From a virus (Duplodnaviria > Caudoviricetes): 27,199 nt of DNA. The translations under genes and the position numbers were made by a program. The DNA is taken from positions 1 to 27,199 of the IMG/VR virus record IMGVR_UViG_3300036783_000142; one strand, given 5' to 3'. Of this stretch, positions 8,303 to 18,007 are shown piece by piece; positions within the stretch are counted from its first letter, which is position 1, and each line of letters starts with the position of its first letter. The notes under the pieces are model-generated. The model saw only the letters and a program-made list of their open reading frames with translations. It did not search any database and was not told the DNA's origin.

Positions 8303-9439
8303 ATGACGACAGCCATGACGACGAGCACAGCTAAAGCAACACTTGCGGTTTTTGCCCCCGGCACCCACACCGCGATGGATGGACGGACCATCACGTTCAC
8401 CCCTGAAGACTGCATTGATCTGGCCAACAGCTACGACCCTTCAGTATCGGAAGCACCGTTTGTCATCGGGCACCCGAGCCTGACCGCTCCGGCGTATGGC
8501 TGGGCGGAACGCCTCGAGTACCGTGACGGCATCGTCTATGTCGCGCCGCGTCAGGTGAATCCGGCCTTCGCAGAAGCCTTCAACGCGGGCAGCTACAAAA
8601 AACGCTCCCTCTCTATTTATCAGCCTGACAGCCCCGGCAACCCGAAACCTGGTCATTTCTATGCCCGCCACGTGGGTTTTCTGGGGGCCGTCCCTCCTGG
8701 CGTCAAAGGGCTTCCTGATGCGCAGTTCGCAGAGGCCAGCGGCGATAACGGCCCGCTGGAGTTCGCGTTGCCGTGGGAAGCCGACAATCTGGCCAGCCTG
8801 TTTCAGTCGATTCGCGACTGGGTGATTCAGGAAACAACTATCGAGCAGGCCGATTCCATCATTCCTCAGTGGCGTATCCAGTCAATTCTGGACTCGGCTA
8901 CCGATGAACGTAAGTCAATCTCACCACTGGCATATGCCGAGGAGAATAATGTGGACCCGAACCAAACGCCCACCGTTACGGCGGAGGAGCTCGCCCGGCG
9001 CGAAACAGCGCTGGCAGAGCGTGAAGAGAAACTACGCAGAGATGAAGAAGCCGCAAAACTACGCGATGCGAAGGTGCGACGCGACGCGGTTGTCAGCTAT
9101 GCAGACGGGCTGGTTAAAGCGGGATCTATCCTGCCACGCCAGAAGAATACTGTGGTTGAGGTACTGCTTAGCCTTGACTCAACACCGCTGTCTTATGCCG
9201 ATGGTGATGTCACGGTGAACAAAACCCCGGAAGAGCTGCTGCGTGATGTGCTGAGCCAGAAACCCAAAGTCGTGGACTTCAGCGAAAAAACCGGCACGGC
9301 TGATGCTCCTGTCGATTTCGCCGATGCTTCCGCTCTGGCCACTGCCGCACAGAACTATCAGGCAGAGCAGGCTAAACAGGGTCGTACCATCTCCATGACA
9401 GACGCCGTTAACCACGTGAAGAAAGGAGCCCAGCAATGA
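8303..9439 (+). CDS. Capsid maturation protease/scaffold (Mu gpI-like)
   Basis: APFVIGHP, PAYGW, YKKRSLS and HVGFLGAVPPGVKGL motifs; coiled-coil C-terminal half. Start could be 8303 or 8315. Confidence 0.87.
   Translation: MTTAMTTSTAKATLAVFAPGTHTAMDGRTITFTPEDCIDLANSYDPSVSEAPFVIGHPSLTAPAYGWAERLEYRDGIVYVAPRQVNPAFAEAFNAGSYKKRSLSIYQPDSPGNPKPGHFYARHVGFLGAVPPGVKGLPDAQFAEASGDNGPLEFALPWEADNLASLFQSIRDWVIQETTIEQADSIIPQWRIQSILDSATDERKSISPLAYAEENNVDPNQTPTVTAEELARRETALAEREEKLRRDEEAAKLRDAKVRRDAVVSYADGLVKAGSILPRQKNTVVEVLLSLDSTPLSYADGDVTVNKTPEELLRDVLSQKPKVVDFSEKTGTADAPVDFADASALATAAQNYQAEQAKQGRTISMTDAVNHVKKGAQQ
8951..9439 (+). CDS. Putative internally initiated scaffolding protein (gpZ-like), in frame within the protease gene
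   Basis: GAGGAG at 8939-8944 followed by an in-frame GTG at 8951, at the boundary of the charged coiled-coil region. Confidence 0.5.
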   Translation: MDPNQTPTVTAEELARRETALAEREEKLRRDEEAAKLRDAKVRRDAVVSYADGLVKAGSILPRQKNTVVEVLLSLDSTPLSYADGDVTVNKTPEELLRDVLSQKPKVVDFSEKTGTADAPVDFADASALATAAQNYQAEQAKQGRTISMTDAVNHVKKGAQQ

Positions 9440-9816
9440 ATATTCCGGGTCTGATCACCTGCCATAAGGCAGAAGTGGCACTGGCTGCGCGTCGTATGGT
9501 CACGCATGGTACGGTGCCGGACGAAATCACTATGGCCGTCGATGGCAGCAAGCTGATTATCGGTGTCACCACCCTCGTTGCAGCCAGCGTCGGGGAACCC
9601 GCCGATGTGGTTCGCAGCCAGCTGACGCCGGTTATCTATGGTGGTGATGTTGTCGCCGGTGACCCGCTGACGGCTGATGCTGACGGTCGCGCAATTCCGG
9701 CTACAGCGGGTCAGTTCTATCTCGGCTTTGCGGAGTATGACGGTGCCAAAGACGATCTCGGCTCTGTCTGGATTGCTCCGGGTCAACTGGCCGCTGCTGC
9801 AGCCGGAGGCGGTTGA
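9436..9816 (+). CDS. Head decoration/cement protein (DUF2190-like)
   Basis: Small Gly/Ala/Val-rich protein with VAGDPLTADADGRAI motif, between the protease and capsid genes. Confidence 0.7.
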   Translation: MNIPGLITCHKAEVALAARRMVTHGTVPDEITMAVDGSKLIIGVTTLVAASVGEPADVVRSQLTPVIYGGDVVAGDPLTADADGRAIPATAGQFYLGFAEYDGAKDDLGSVWIAPGQLAAAAAGGG

Positions 9817-9875
9817 CAGCAGCACCAGGGGTAACAAACAGAATTTTTCATCTTATTTTTCCGGAGTAATTCAGA

Positions 9876-10805
9876 ATGGCCAAAGCACCGTTTCCGATTG
9901 ACCCCCACCTGACGGCGATTGCTATCGGGTACCGTAACCTCTCTCTAATTGCCGACAGCGTGTTACCGCGCGTGCCGGTGGGGAAAGCCGAGTTTAAATG
10001 GTGGAAGTTCGATCTCGGTCAGGGCTTCACCGTACCGACCACCACCGTCGGACGGACGTCACAACCCAATCAGATTGAGTTTGATGCAGAGGATGAGACC
10101 TCCTCGACCAACGATTACGCCCTTGATGCACCGGTTCCGCAGTCTGATATCGACAATGCTCCGGCCAATTACGATCCGCTGGGCCGTGCGACCGAGCGCG
10201 TGTCCGATATCATCATGCTCGACCGCGAAGTTCGCACCAGTAAAGAGGTGTTTAACGCAGCTAATTACCCTGCGGGTAATAAAGAAAACCTGGCTGCTGC
10301 AGACCAGTGGGACAACGACGCGAGTAAACCGATTAAGAAAATTGTCACTGCGCTCGACAAGATGATCATGCGTCCGAACGTGGCGGTGCTGGGCCGCTCA
10401 ACGGCGACAGCCCTGCGCCAGAACCCGTCGGTCGTCAAAGCCTATAACGGCACACTGGGTGAAGATGGCCTGGTACCACTGGACTTCCTTCGCGGCCTGC
10501 TGGAACTCGACGAAATCGTTGTCGGTTCGGCATTCGTCAATATCGCCCGACCGGGCCAGAAGCCGGTGCTGGTACGTGCCTGGGCCAACCATGCCGCCTT
10601 TATCTACCGTAATCTGCTGGCTGATACCCAGGGTGGCGTGACCTTCGGCTTTACCGCGCAGTTTGGCTCCCGCGTGTCCGGCTCAATTCCTGATCCGGAC
10701 ATGGGGATGCGCGGTGGCCAGCGCGTCCGTGTCGGCGAGTCGGTGCGCGAGCTGATTGTGGCTCCGGACTGTGGCTACTTCTTCCAGAATGCCGTATCGG
10801 CATAA
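9876..10805 (+). CDS. Major capsid protein
   Basis: 309 aa; APFPIDPHLTAIAIGY N-terminus and GYFFQNAV C-terminus typical of B3-like capsids; position in the head module. Confidence 0.87.
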   Translation: MAKAPFPIDPHLTAIAIGYRNLSLIADSVLPRVPVGKAEFKWWKFDLGQGFTVPTTTVGRTSQPNQIEFDAEDETSSTNDYALDAPVPQSDIDNAPANYDPLGRATERVSDIIMLDREVRTSKEVFNAANYPAGNKENLAAADQWDNDASKPIKKIVTALDKMIMRPNVAVLGRSTATALRQNPSVVKAYNGTLGEDGLVPLDFLRGLLELDEIVVGSAFVNIARPGQKPVLVRAWANHAAFIYRNLLADTQGGVTFGFTAQFGSRVSGSIPDPDMGMRGGQRVRVGESVRELIVAPDCGYFFQNAVSA

Positions 10806-10818
10806 GCGGAGGCGAGTA

Positions 10819-11343
10819 ATGGCCGTGACCTGGTATATATCCCTTGCTGAACTGGCTGACCGCCCGGGTGCGGTTGAACTGTCTCAGGTGACTCAGCTTC
10901 CGGGCAAGCCTCCGGCCCGACCGGAGCTGCTGGATGCGGTGTTACGTGGGGAAGAGACCACGTCATGGCCTCCTGCTGAAGTGGCGGTGGCCCTTGAGGT
11001 GGTGGAGCGCATTGGCGGTGCGGTGGAAGAAGCCCAGAACCTGATTGACGGTTATCTCCGCCAGCGTGGTTATACCCTGCCGCTGGTGAAGGCCCACCCG
11101 ATCCTGAGCAGCTGGGGCCGCTCCGTCGTGCGCTACAAGCTGCATCAGCATCGTATTTCTGATGAACGGACAGACCCGATTGTCCGTGATTACCGCGATG
11201 CAATGAAACTGATGGAGCAACTGGCCAACGGCAAATTCAGCCTCGGTGCAACCGATACGCAGAAACCTGCTGGCGGTCCGCCGATGGTGGATGGTCCCGG
11301 TCGCACGTTCAGCATGGACTCACTGAGGGACTTCGGTAAATGA
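10819..11343 (+). CDS. Head-tail adaptor (Mu gp36-like, DUF1320)
   Basis: IDGYL..RGYTLPL, RYKLH, YRDAMKLMEQLANGKFSLG motifs; ATG at 10819 with GGAGG RBS. Confidence 0.87.
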   Translation: MAVTWYISLAELADRPGAVELSQVTQLPGKPPARPELLDAVLRGEETTSWPPAEVAVALEVVERIGGAVEEAQNLIDGYLRQRGYTLPLVKAHPILSSWGRSVVRYKLHQHRISDERTDPIVRDYRDAMKLMEQLANGKFSLGATDTQKPAGGPPMVDGPGRTFSMDSLRDFGK

Positions 11344-11786
11344 GCAGCGAACCGTTTTCCATCAGTCTGATTGTCGAGCGCCTGCAGCCACTGACGCCGT
11401 CCCCGCTGAGCTTCCTCGGCACCATCGTCGAATACAGCCAGGTGACGGAGTTATCCGGTTTTGCGGTCCCCGGGGCGTATGTGCTGATGGGACCTGAGCG
11501 CGGTGTTCCGGGGAACGGAAGCCGGGCGCAGGTTGCCGAGGCAGTCTTCGGTGTGGCCGTTGCAGTGCGCAACTATGGTCAGGGTGCAGGCGGTCTGACA
11601 CATGAAATCAGCCCGCTGGTCGGCCAGATACGCGACCAGCTGATTGGCTGGGTCCCCGGCAAACTTGCGACCAGCGGTATCCAGTGGCTCAAGGGCGACA
11701 TTCTGGACTATGACGGCGGCACCCTGCTCTGGATGGATACCTTCCAGGTCAATCATGTTATCGGAGGCAGACGATGCCCGACGTAA
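11340..11786 (+). CDS. Tail completion/terminator protein (Mu gp37-like)
   Basis: Position after gp36; LIGWVP and LLWMDTF motifs. Confidence 0.72.
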   Translation: MSSEPFSISLIVERLQPLTPSPLSFLGTIVEYSQVTELSGFAVPGAYVLMGPERGVPGNGSRAQVAEAVFGVAVAVRNYGQGAGGLTHEISPLVGQIRDQLIGWVPGKLATSGIQWLKGDILDYDGGTLLWMDTFQVNHVIGGRRCPT

Positions 11787-11977
11787 AACTCCTGCAGCCG
11801 CATACCCATCAGGGTAAGCGCTTTGCAGCCGGTGAAACTATCACCGTGACCGAAGCCGAAGAAGTCTGGCTCCGGAACCATCAACTTATCGGGGTTGCCA
11901 CTCCGGTCGTCAGCGACACTCAGGGCAACCGTGGCAGAAATAAACAACAGGAGACTGAAGACAATGGCACAGTCTGA
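11774..11977 (+). CDS. Small phage protein
   Basis: GGAGG RBS; VKLLQPHTHQGKRFAAGETITV...WL pattern seen in small genes ahead of tail tube genes; overlaps both neighbours in coupled fashion. Confidence 0.7.
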   Translation: MPDVKLLQPHTHQGKRFAAGETITVTEAEEVWLRNHQLIGVATPVVSDTQGNRGRNKQQETEDNGTV

Positions 11978-12716
11978 AACCTACTACTACGGCCAGGGGA
12001 AGGTTTACCTTGCCCGCCGCCAGGCCAATGGCCAGCCCGGTGCAACTCGGTGGATCGGCGACGTATCATCGTTGTCGCTGGCACTGACTGTTGAACGTCT
12101 CAGCCATAAGGAATCGTACTCCAGCAATCGCGGTACAGTGCGCAGCTTTGTTACCAGTCAGGACGGTACGCTGACCTCTACCTGGCACGACTTGTCAGCA
12201 GAAAATCTGGCTATTGTGCTGTACGGAGAACAGGTCGTTATCCCGGCAGGTACCGTTACTGCCGAGGCTCACCCGTCAGGAATTAAGGTAGGTGAACGCT
12301 ATCTGCTGGATCATCAGCGTGTCAGTGATGTTGTGATTGGCACCCTGGTTGAAGGGACAGATTATGAAGTTGATTACACCTATGGCGCGATTACGTACCT
12401 GACCCCGCAGGCCACTGCGCCCGTTGTTAACTATGCGTATGCGGGTGCCATCAACACCACACTGTTCACCAAAAAACCGGTCGATCTGTTCCTGCGCTTT
12501 GAAGGTATCAACCTCGCTGAAGGTGGCGCGGCGAAGATTCTGGAGCTGTACAAAATCTCCTTCTCTCCGGCAGCTGCGCTGGCGCTCATTCAGGGGGATA
12601 CCTCGCTGGCCAATCTGGAGACTACCGCCACGGTACTCTATGATACCGCCCGCCCTGATGACCCTAATATTGGCCGCTTTGGCCGTGTCATTGATGTTGC
12701 GGAGCCTGTCGCATGA
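11964..12716 (+). CDS. Major tail tube protein
   Basis: ATG at 11964 after AGGAG; YYYGQGKVYL, RWIGDVSSL, LRFEGINLA motifs; upstream of the chaperone and tape measure genes. Confidence 0.87.
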   Translation: MAQSETYYYGQGKVYLARRQANGQPGATRWIGDVSSLSLALTVERLSHKESYSSNRGTVRSFVTSQDGTLTSTWHDLSAENLAIVLYGEQVVIPAGTVTAEAHPSGIKVGERYLLDHQRVSDVVIGTLVEGTDYEVDYTYGAITYLTPQATAPVVNYAYAGAINTTLFTKKPVDLFLRFEGINLAEGGAAKILELYKISFSPAAALALIQGDTSLANLETTATVLYDTARPDDPNIGRFGRVIDVAEPVA

Positions 12717-13195
12717 GCAAGCAGAAACCCGCCGATACCGAAGACGAGCTGAGCGTGCTGCTCTCGACCCGCAATATCACCATTGCGGGCCGGGGGCTGG
12801 TTATCCGCGAATACACCCTGGCGGATATGCTGCAGCTGGGCGACAAACTGGATGCGCTCACCCACAGTCTGGCGGAGGTTATGCAGACACCGTGGCCCCT
12901 GATTGAGGAGATTGAAGCCGTGCTGCGAAAGCACGCCGGTGATATCCCTGAACTCATCGCCTGCTCTGTGGACCAGCCCGTTCAGTGGGTGGCGCTGCTG
13001 CCCGCCGGTGAGGGCCAGAGCCTGATCGACTGGTGGTGGACCCAGAACCGCCGTTTTTTTATGAACGCTGTCGTCCGGCTGGAAACCATCAGGGCAACAC
13101 GGGCGAAATTGTCGGCTTCGGCAGCATCTTCGCAACCCTCATCCGGGCCGGACACGACCCGGGCAGGCTCGGAACCTACACCCTCCGCCAGCTGA
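12713..13195 (+). CDS. Tail assembly chaperone (gpG-like)
   Basis: Lies between the tube and tape measure genes; WWWTQNRRFF motif with a T7 slippery run. Confidence 0.8.
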   Translation: MSKQKPADTEDELSVLLSTRNITIAGRGLVIREYTLADMLQLGDKLDALTHSLAEVMQTPWPLIEEIEAVLRKHAGDIPELIACSVDQPVQWVALLPAGEGQSLIDWWWTQNRRFFMNAVVRLETIRATRAKLSASAASSQPSSGPDTTRAGSEPTPSAS

Positions 13196-13320
13196 CGCTG
13201 TATTACAGCGAAGCGCTACGGCAACACCGGCAGGCGTGCATTGACCGCGTATTTGACGTCAATGCCGCATTTGCCGGTGGCAATACTGCCACTCAGCGGG
13301 TGAATGCCCTGAAATCCTGA
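13054..13320 (+). CDS. -1 frameshift extension of the tail chaperone (gpGT-like C-terminal part)
   Basis: T TTT TTT at 13054-13060; the -1 frame is open to 13320 and encodes GHDPGRLGTYTLRQL, a gpT-like motif. Confidence 0.75.
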   Translation, partial: FFYERCRPAGNHQGNTGEIVGFGSIFATLIRAGHDPGRLGTYTLRQLTLYYSEALRQHRQACIDRVFDVNAAFAGGNTATQRVNALKS

Positions 13321-13335
13321 TCGGGGCTTTTTCTT
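13306..13335 (+). terminator. Possible intrinsic terminator before the tape measure gene
   Basis: GCCCTGA-(8 nt loop)-TCGGGGC followed by TTTTTCTT. Confidence 0.45.
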
Positions 13336-13355
13336 CCTTTATATACAGGTGCGTC

Positions 13356-16300
13356 ATGGCCGATAACTCCACCCTCAATTTAATGCTGAAAATCCGCGCC
13401 GACCTCGCGGATGCCAGCCGTGCCCTGCAGGGGCTGGCCGGAGATGTGGAAGACGTTGGCTCTGCAGCAACAACCAGCTCACAGAAACTCAGTACCACCG
13501 CCCGGGCGCAGGATAGCGTCGCCGAATCAGCACGTGGCCACGCTCAGGCAGAGCAGAGTGCCACCGCTGCAGCAGCACAGACCGGCGATACGGTCCAGCA
13601 GGCGGCGACAGATTATGCCGGTTATCAGGCCGCTATCGCCCGTACCCGGGCCGAGATGGGCTCGCTTCAGAGTGGTATGGACGGCACCACGGCAGATATT
13701 GATGTCCAGCGTGCTGCGCTGACCGCCCTGGTCAACCGTATCGATCCGGTCGTCGCCGCCTATGGCCGACTGGATGACATGCAGGAGCAGTTGAGTGCAT
13801 TCCGTGGCGCGGGTCTCGTCGGCGATGATGATTTTGAGCAGTACTCCTCACGCCTGAACGAACTGCGCCTGCAGGTGGAAAAATCCGCTCATGCCGCGAC
13901 CGATGCCGGGCGCAAGGAAGCGGCTGCTGCCCGGGAAGCCGCACAGGCTGAAGCACAGGCTGCAGCCACCAAAGAACAGTTCATCAACCGGCTGCGCGAG
14001 CAGGCCGAGACCATGAACCTGACCACCGCCGAGCTGCTGCAGTATAAAGCGGCACAGCTTGGCATTTCGGCGGAAGCTGCGCCGTTTATCCAGAAGATTA
14101 CCGACCAGAACGCAGCCATGAGCAAAGGCGGTATCAGCGCCGGTCAGTATGCGCAGGCCATGCGATACCTGCCGATGCAGATAACCGACGTCGTCACCTC
14201 GCTGGCCAGTGGAATGCCGGTCTGGCTCGTGGCCATTCAGCAAGGCGGGCAAATCAAGGACTCGTTTGGCGGCGTGGGCAACACCTTTAAAGCACTTCTG
14301 AGCATCATCACTCCTGCCCGTTTAGCGATGGGAGGGCTGGCTGGTATTGTTGCTGCTGCGGGCATTGCAGCTGTTTCGGCGATGAATGACCAGGATGAAT
14401 TCAACCGCTCGATCCAGAAAACCGGCAACTATGCCGGTGTGACCTCCGGCGAACTGGAACAGATGGCGCAGCAAGGTGGCCAGTTGCGCGGTAATTACAG
14501 TCAGGTGCGCGATATCCTGAATGGGCTGGTCAGCAGTGGTCGGTTTACTGGCGAAACGCTGACCTCAGTGGCCCAGGCTGCGACATTGATGGCGGAACTG
14601 TCAGGCGACTCTGCGGACCAGGTGGTGTCGAACTTCCTGAAAATGAGCGATAGCGCGACAACATGGGCCGCAAACACCAACCAGCAGTACCATTTTTTGG
14701 ATCTGGAGACCTATCAGCGCATCCAGAGCCTTGAAGATCAGGGGAGAAAAGAAGAAGCGATAGAAGTCGCATCTCAGGCATTCAAAAAGGCAAGTGAGGA
14801 ACGTTTACGTCAGATTGAACAGCAGCTTAACTGGGTTGCCCGGGGGTGGAAAAATGTTAAGGATGCCGCTATTGATGCCTGGGAAGGGATAAAAGGTGAT
14901 GTTTCTGCGACTCTGGGTATCGACAGCCTTGACGAGAAGATTGCCCGGCTGGAAAGACGCGCTAAAGCGGGAATCTATATCGGCCCTGTACTTGTACCGT
15001 CAATGGGTGCTGAACAGGCTGAGATTGAATCTCTTAAACAAAAACGTGAAGAGCTCATTAAAAATGCCCAGTTAGAGGCCAAGAAAAAGCAAACTGACGC
15101 TGAGACCATCACTGCGGCAGATAAGTTGGGAAGCATCTGGAAAGGCAACCGCTCAGAGCTTGAAAAAGAAGCCGACGCGGTAGAAGAAACTCGTAAGAAC
15201 TATGAAACGTTGTGGAAGAGCGCCAGCGGTCGGGACATGCTTCAGTCCCGTGGCGTCACTTCCACCGATGGTAAAAACTTTTCCGGCGGTCAGTGGGATA
15301 CCGACACAAAAGCGCTGGATAAATCTGGCCAGAAGGCGGAGCAGTACAACAAACAGCTGCAGCAGACGCTGAACCAGAAAAAAGCCATCACCGAGCTGGA
15401 CCGCGTCGAGGCTGAAATCCGCAACGGCACGCTCTCCAGTGCGACCAAAGCCCAGCAGGATGAAGCCCGGGCGCTAGCCAAAAAAATTGACGCGGCCAAC
15501 GCGGCCAATAAGGCGACAAAGGAAGGTCAGTCCCTCGCCAAACAGCAGGAAACCTCCAATAAGAACTTCGTCAAACAGCTTGAGGACCAGGCAGCAAAAC
15601 GCACTCAGGGTGCCGCAGCGACCCGCGCCCAGGAGATTGCCACCCGCAACCTGACCGCCGAGCAACGCCGTCAGGCTGAAGCGGCGAACGCCGCCATCAC
15701 CGCCCAGGAGTTTAAGGGGCAGAACCTCCAGCTGCAGCTGGAGTACATGCGCGATACCGGCGATACCGCTGGCGCATCGATGCTCGAGCTGCGGAACCGC
15801 GTATCTGACTTGCGCCGCGAGTTTGAAGCCAGCGGTAACACCGAAGGGCTGAACTGGCTCGATAAGCTGCTGCCGGTCGCTGAAACCAAAATCCGCGTCG
15901 ATGACCTTAAAAAGCAGCTCGACGACCTGTTCACCTGGCAGTCCCAGCAGGAAACCAGCATTCAGGCGCAGGTTCAGGGTGGCCTGCTTAATGAGATTCA
16001 GGGACGGCAGCGCCTCGTCCAGCTTCACCAGGAAGTTGGCGACAAAATCAAGGGCTACCTCCCGCAACTGAAAGAGATGGCCACCGCCCCCGGTGAAGCT
16101 GGTGACAAAATCCGGGAGATGATCCGCCAGCTCGAAGAAGAGCTCGGCAAGCTGAATCAGGCGGGAAATGAGCTGACTCAGGCATTCCGCGATGGCCTGC
16201 AGAGCGGTATCGAAAGCTCTCTGATGGGGCTGGCCAAAGGCACCATGAACCTGCAGGATGCGGTGAAAAACCTCGCCCTCACCATCATTAACAGCATGGC

Positions 16301-16826
16301 GCAGCTGGCGGCGCAGCAGCTGGCGCAGATGGCCACCTCCAGTCTGGTTGGCTCTTCAGGTGGCATGGGCGGTTTGCTGGCCAGCGTTTTTGCGGCTGAT
16401 GGTGGTCAGGTTCGCGGTCCGGGCAGCACCACCTCGGATTCCATTCCGGCGATGCTCTCGGACCAGGAATTTGTGACCCGCGCCGCTGTGGTTCAGCAGC
16501 CCGGTGCGCTTGACTTCCTGCACGCGTTCAACCGCCACGGTATGGCGGCAGTCGAAGGCTGGCTCCCGCGCGTTCGTCATGCCACCGGTGGTCTGGCGGG
16601 CATCCCCGCACAGAATATGCCGGTTCCGACTACCGTCCCCGAAACCGCGATAGCCACGCCCGCCGCTGCATCACAACAACCTGTCAGTCTGCAGCAGCAA
16701 CTGGTATTCGATGCAGGAGACGCATACACCGCAGGGGCTCAGACGCTGGCTGGCCAGCGCCAGTTCACCACGTCGCTCAAAGCGCAGGTACCGACCCTGA
16801 AACAATGGCTGGGACTGAATAAATGA
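13356..16826 (+). CDS. Tail tape measure protein (lambda-like)
   Basis: 1156 aa, Ala/Gln-rich; LPMQITDVVTSLASG...QQGGQIKDSFGG motif and C-terminal GPGSTTSDSIPAMLS..EFV motif. Confidence 0.95.
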   Translation: MADNSTLNLMLKIRADLADASRALQGLAGDVEDVGSAATTSSQKLSTTARAQDSVAESARGHAQAEQSATAAAAQTGDTVQQAATDYAGYQAAIARTRAEMGSLQSGMDGTTADIDVQRAALTALVNRIDPVVAAYGRLDDMQEQLSAFRGAGLVGDDDFEQYSSRLNELRLQVEKSAHAATDAGRKEAAAAREAAQAEAQAAATKEQFINRLREQAETMNLTTAELLQYKAAQLGISAEAAPFIQKITDQNAAMSKGGISAGQYAQAMRYLPMQITDVVTSLASGMPVWLVAIQQGGQIKDSFGGVGNTFKALLSIITPARLAMGGLAGIVAAAGIAAVSAMNDQDEFNRSIQKTGNYAGVTSGELEQMAQQGGQLRGNYSQVRDILNGLVSSGRFTGETLTSVAQAATLMAELSGDSADQVVSNFLKMSDSATTWAANTNQQYHFLDLETYQRIQSLEDQGRKEEAIEVASQAFKKASEERLRQIEQQLNWVARGWKNVKDAAIDAWEGIKGDVSATLGIDSLDEKIARLERRAKAGIYIGPVLVPSMGAEQAEIESLKQKREELIKNAQLEAKKKQTDAETITAADKLGSIWKGNRSELEKEADAVEETRKNYETLWKSASGRDMLQSRGVTSTDGKNFSGGQWDTDTKALDKSGQKAEQYNKQLQQTLNQKKAITELDRVEAEIRNGTLSSATKAQQDEARALAKKIDAANAANKATKEGQSLAKQQETSNKNFVKQLEDQAAKRTQGAAATRAQEIATRNLTAEQRRQAEAANAAITAQEFKGQNLQLQLEYMRDTGDTAGASMLELRNRVSDLRREFEASGNTEGLNWLDKLLPVAETKIRVDDLKKQLDDLFTWQSQQETSIQAQVQGGLLNEIQGRQRLVQLHQEVGDKIKGYLPQLKEMATAPGEAGDKIREMIRQLEEELGKLNQAGNELTQAFRDGLQSGIESSLMGLAKGTMNLQDAVKNLALTIINSMAQLAAQQLAQMATSSLVGSSGGMGGLLASVFAADGGQVRGPGSTTSDSIPAMLSDQEFVTRAAVVQQPGALDFLHAFNRHGMAAVEGWLPRVRHATGGLAGIPAQNMPVPTTVPETAIATPAAASQQPVSLQQQLVFDAGDAYTAGAQTLAGQRQFTTSLKAQVPTLKQWLGLNK

Positions 16827-18007
16827 CGACGTTATTTCCCTGGCTGGCTGACCCCGACTGGTCCCGTGGCGTGACTGAGACGCTGGAGTGGAAGACCGAT
16901 GTACTACAGTCGCCAACCGGCGCTGAGCAGCGGATTTCCTGTCGACTTTCACCGCGCCGGACGTTCGAGTTCACGGCAATGCTGTATGACACCGCCCGCC
17001 AGCGCTTCGAACATATGCTCTGGCAGGGCTGCGCGGGTACCTGGGCCATGCCGGTTTATCCGGATGTTTATGCGCTGCCGGCAGCGGTGTCCAGTGGCGC
17101 GACCGCGCTCTCCATTCCGACCGCCGGGCGCGACTTTTCTGTTGGCGGAACGGTGTTGCTGAAAACCGATGAATCCCCTGATGCAACCAGCCGGATGGCC
17201 ACCATTGCCGGTATAACCGGGGATGCCCTGCAGCTGGGCTCTCCGCTGACCGACAGCTGGCCAGCAGGCTCGCTGGTGTATCCGGTGCATCCGGCAGTGC
17301 TGACAGAGCCGCCGTCGCTGTCCCGTCTCACTGATACCGCGACGACCGCGCAGGTGCGCTTCCGTATCGCAGAGCACAATGCTTTCAGCGATGCGCCGGT
17401 GCTCACACAGTACCGTGGCCACCCGGTGCTTGAGTCCGAAACCGACTGGGGTGAGTCGGTCAGCAGCAGCTATCAGCCGCTGATCCGTGAGCTGGATAAC
17501 GGCAGCAGTGTGCCATTCCGTATTGATACTGCAGGTCGTCCGTTCTGGCGGCAGACGCACAACTGGTTCACCGCTAACCGTCCGGCACAGACTTCCCTGC
17601 GCCAGCTTCTTTGGTACCTCCGGGGGCGTCAGCGCCCGATATGGGTACCCGGGCAGACGCTGGACTTTTCCCCGACGTCCGCCATCAGCGGCAATGCTGT
17701 TGATGTTGTTGAGGCGGGCTTTACTGAACTGGGCATCCGCCCGGGTCGCCGCGATATCAGCATTCTGCTGACGGATGGCACCCGGCATTATCGCCGCATC
17801 ACCGCAGTAAGTCTGGTCAGCGGTGCGGAGCGTCTTGCACTTGACGGCGACGCCATTTCAGCAGGCCAGCACCAGATTGTGTCCATTTCCCTGATGACCC
17901 TGGCCCGCCAGGACGCCGACAGTGTCTCCTGGGAGCATGTGACCGACGCCGACGGCGTGGCCCGGGTCGCCACCACTTTTACCGGAGTACGTGATGAGCT
18001 GGAGTGA
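16823..18007 (+). CDS. Tail tip protein (distal tail-like)
   Basis: Follows the tape measure gene; PDWSRGVTETLEWKTDVLQS..G.EQR and LRGRQRPIWVP motifs of D3112/B3-like tail proteins. Confidence 0.75.
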   Translation: MTTLFPWLADPDWSRGVTETLEWKTDVLQSPTGAEQRISCRLSPRRTFEFTAMLYDTARQRFEHMLWQGCAGTWAMPVYPDVYALPAAVSSGATALSIPTAGRDFSVGGTVLLKTDESPDATSRMATIAGITGDALQLGSPLTDSWPAGSLVYPVHPAVLTEPPSLSRLTDTATTAQVRFRIAEHNAFSDAPVLTQYRGHPVLESETDWGESVSSSYQPLIRELDNGSSVPFRIDTAGRPFWRQTHNWFTANRPAQTSLRQLLWYLRGRQRPIWVPGQTLDFSPTSAISGNAVDVVEAGFTELGIRPGRRDISILLTDGTRHYRRITAVSLVSGAERLALDGDAISAGQHQIVSISLMTLARQDADSVSWEHVTDADGVARVATTFTGVRDELE

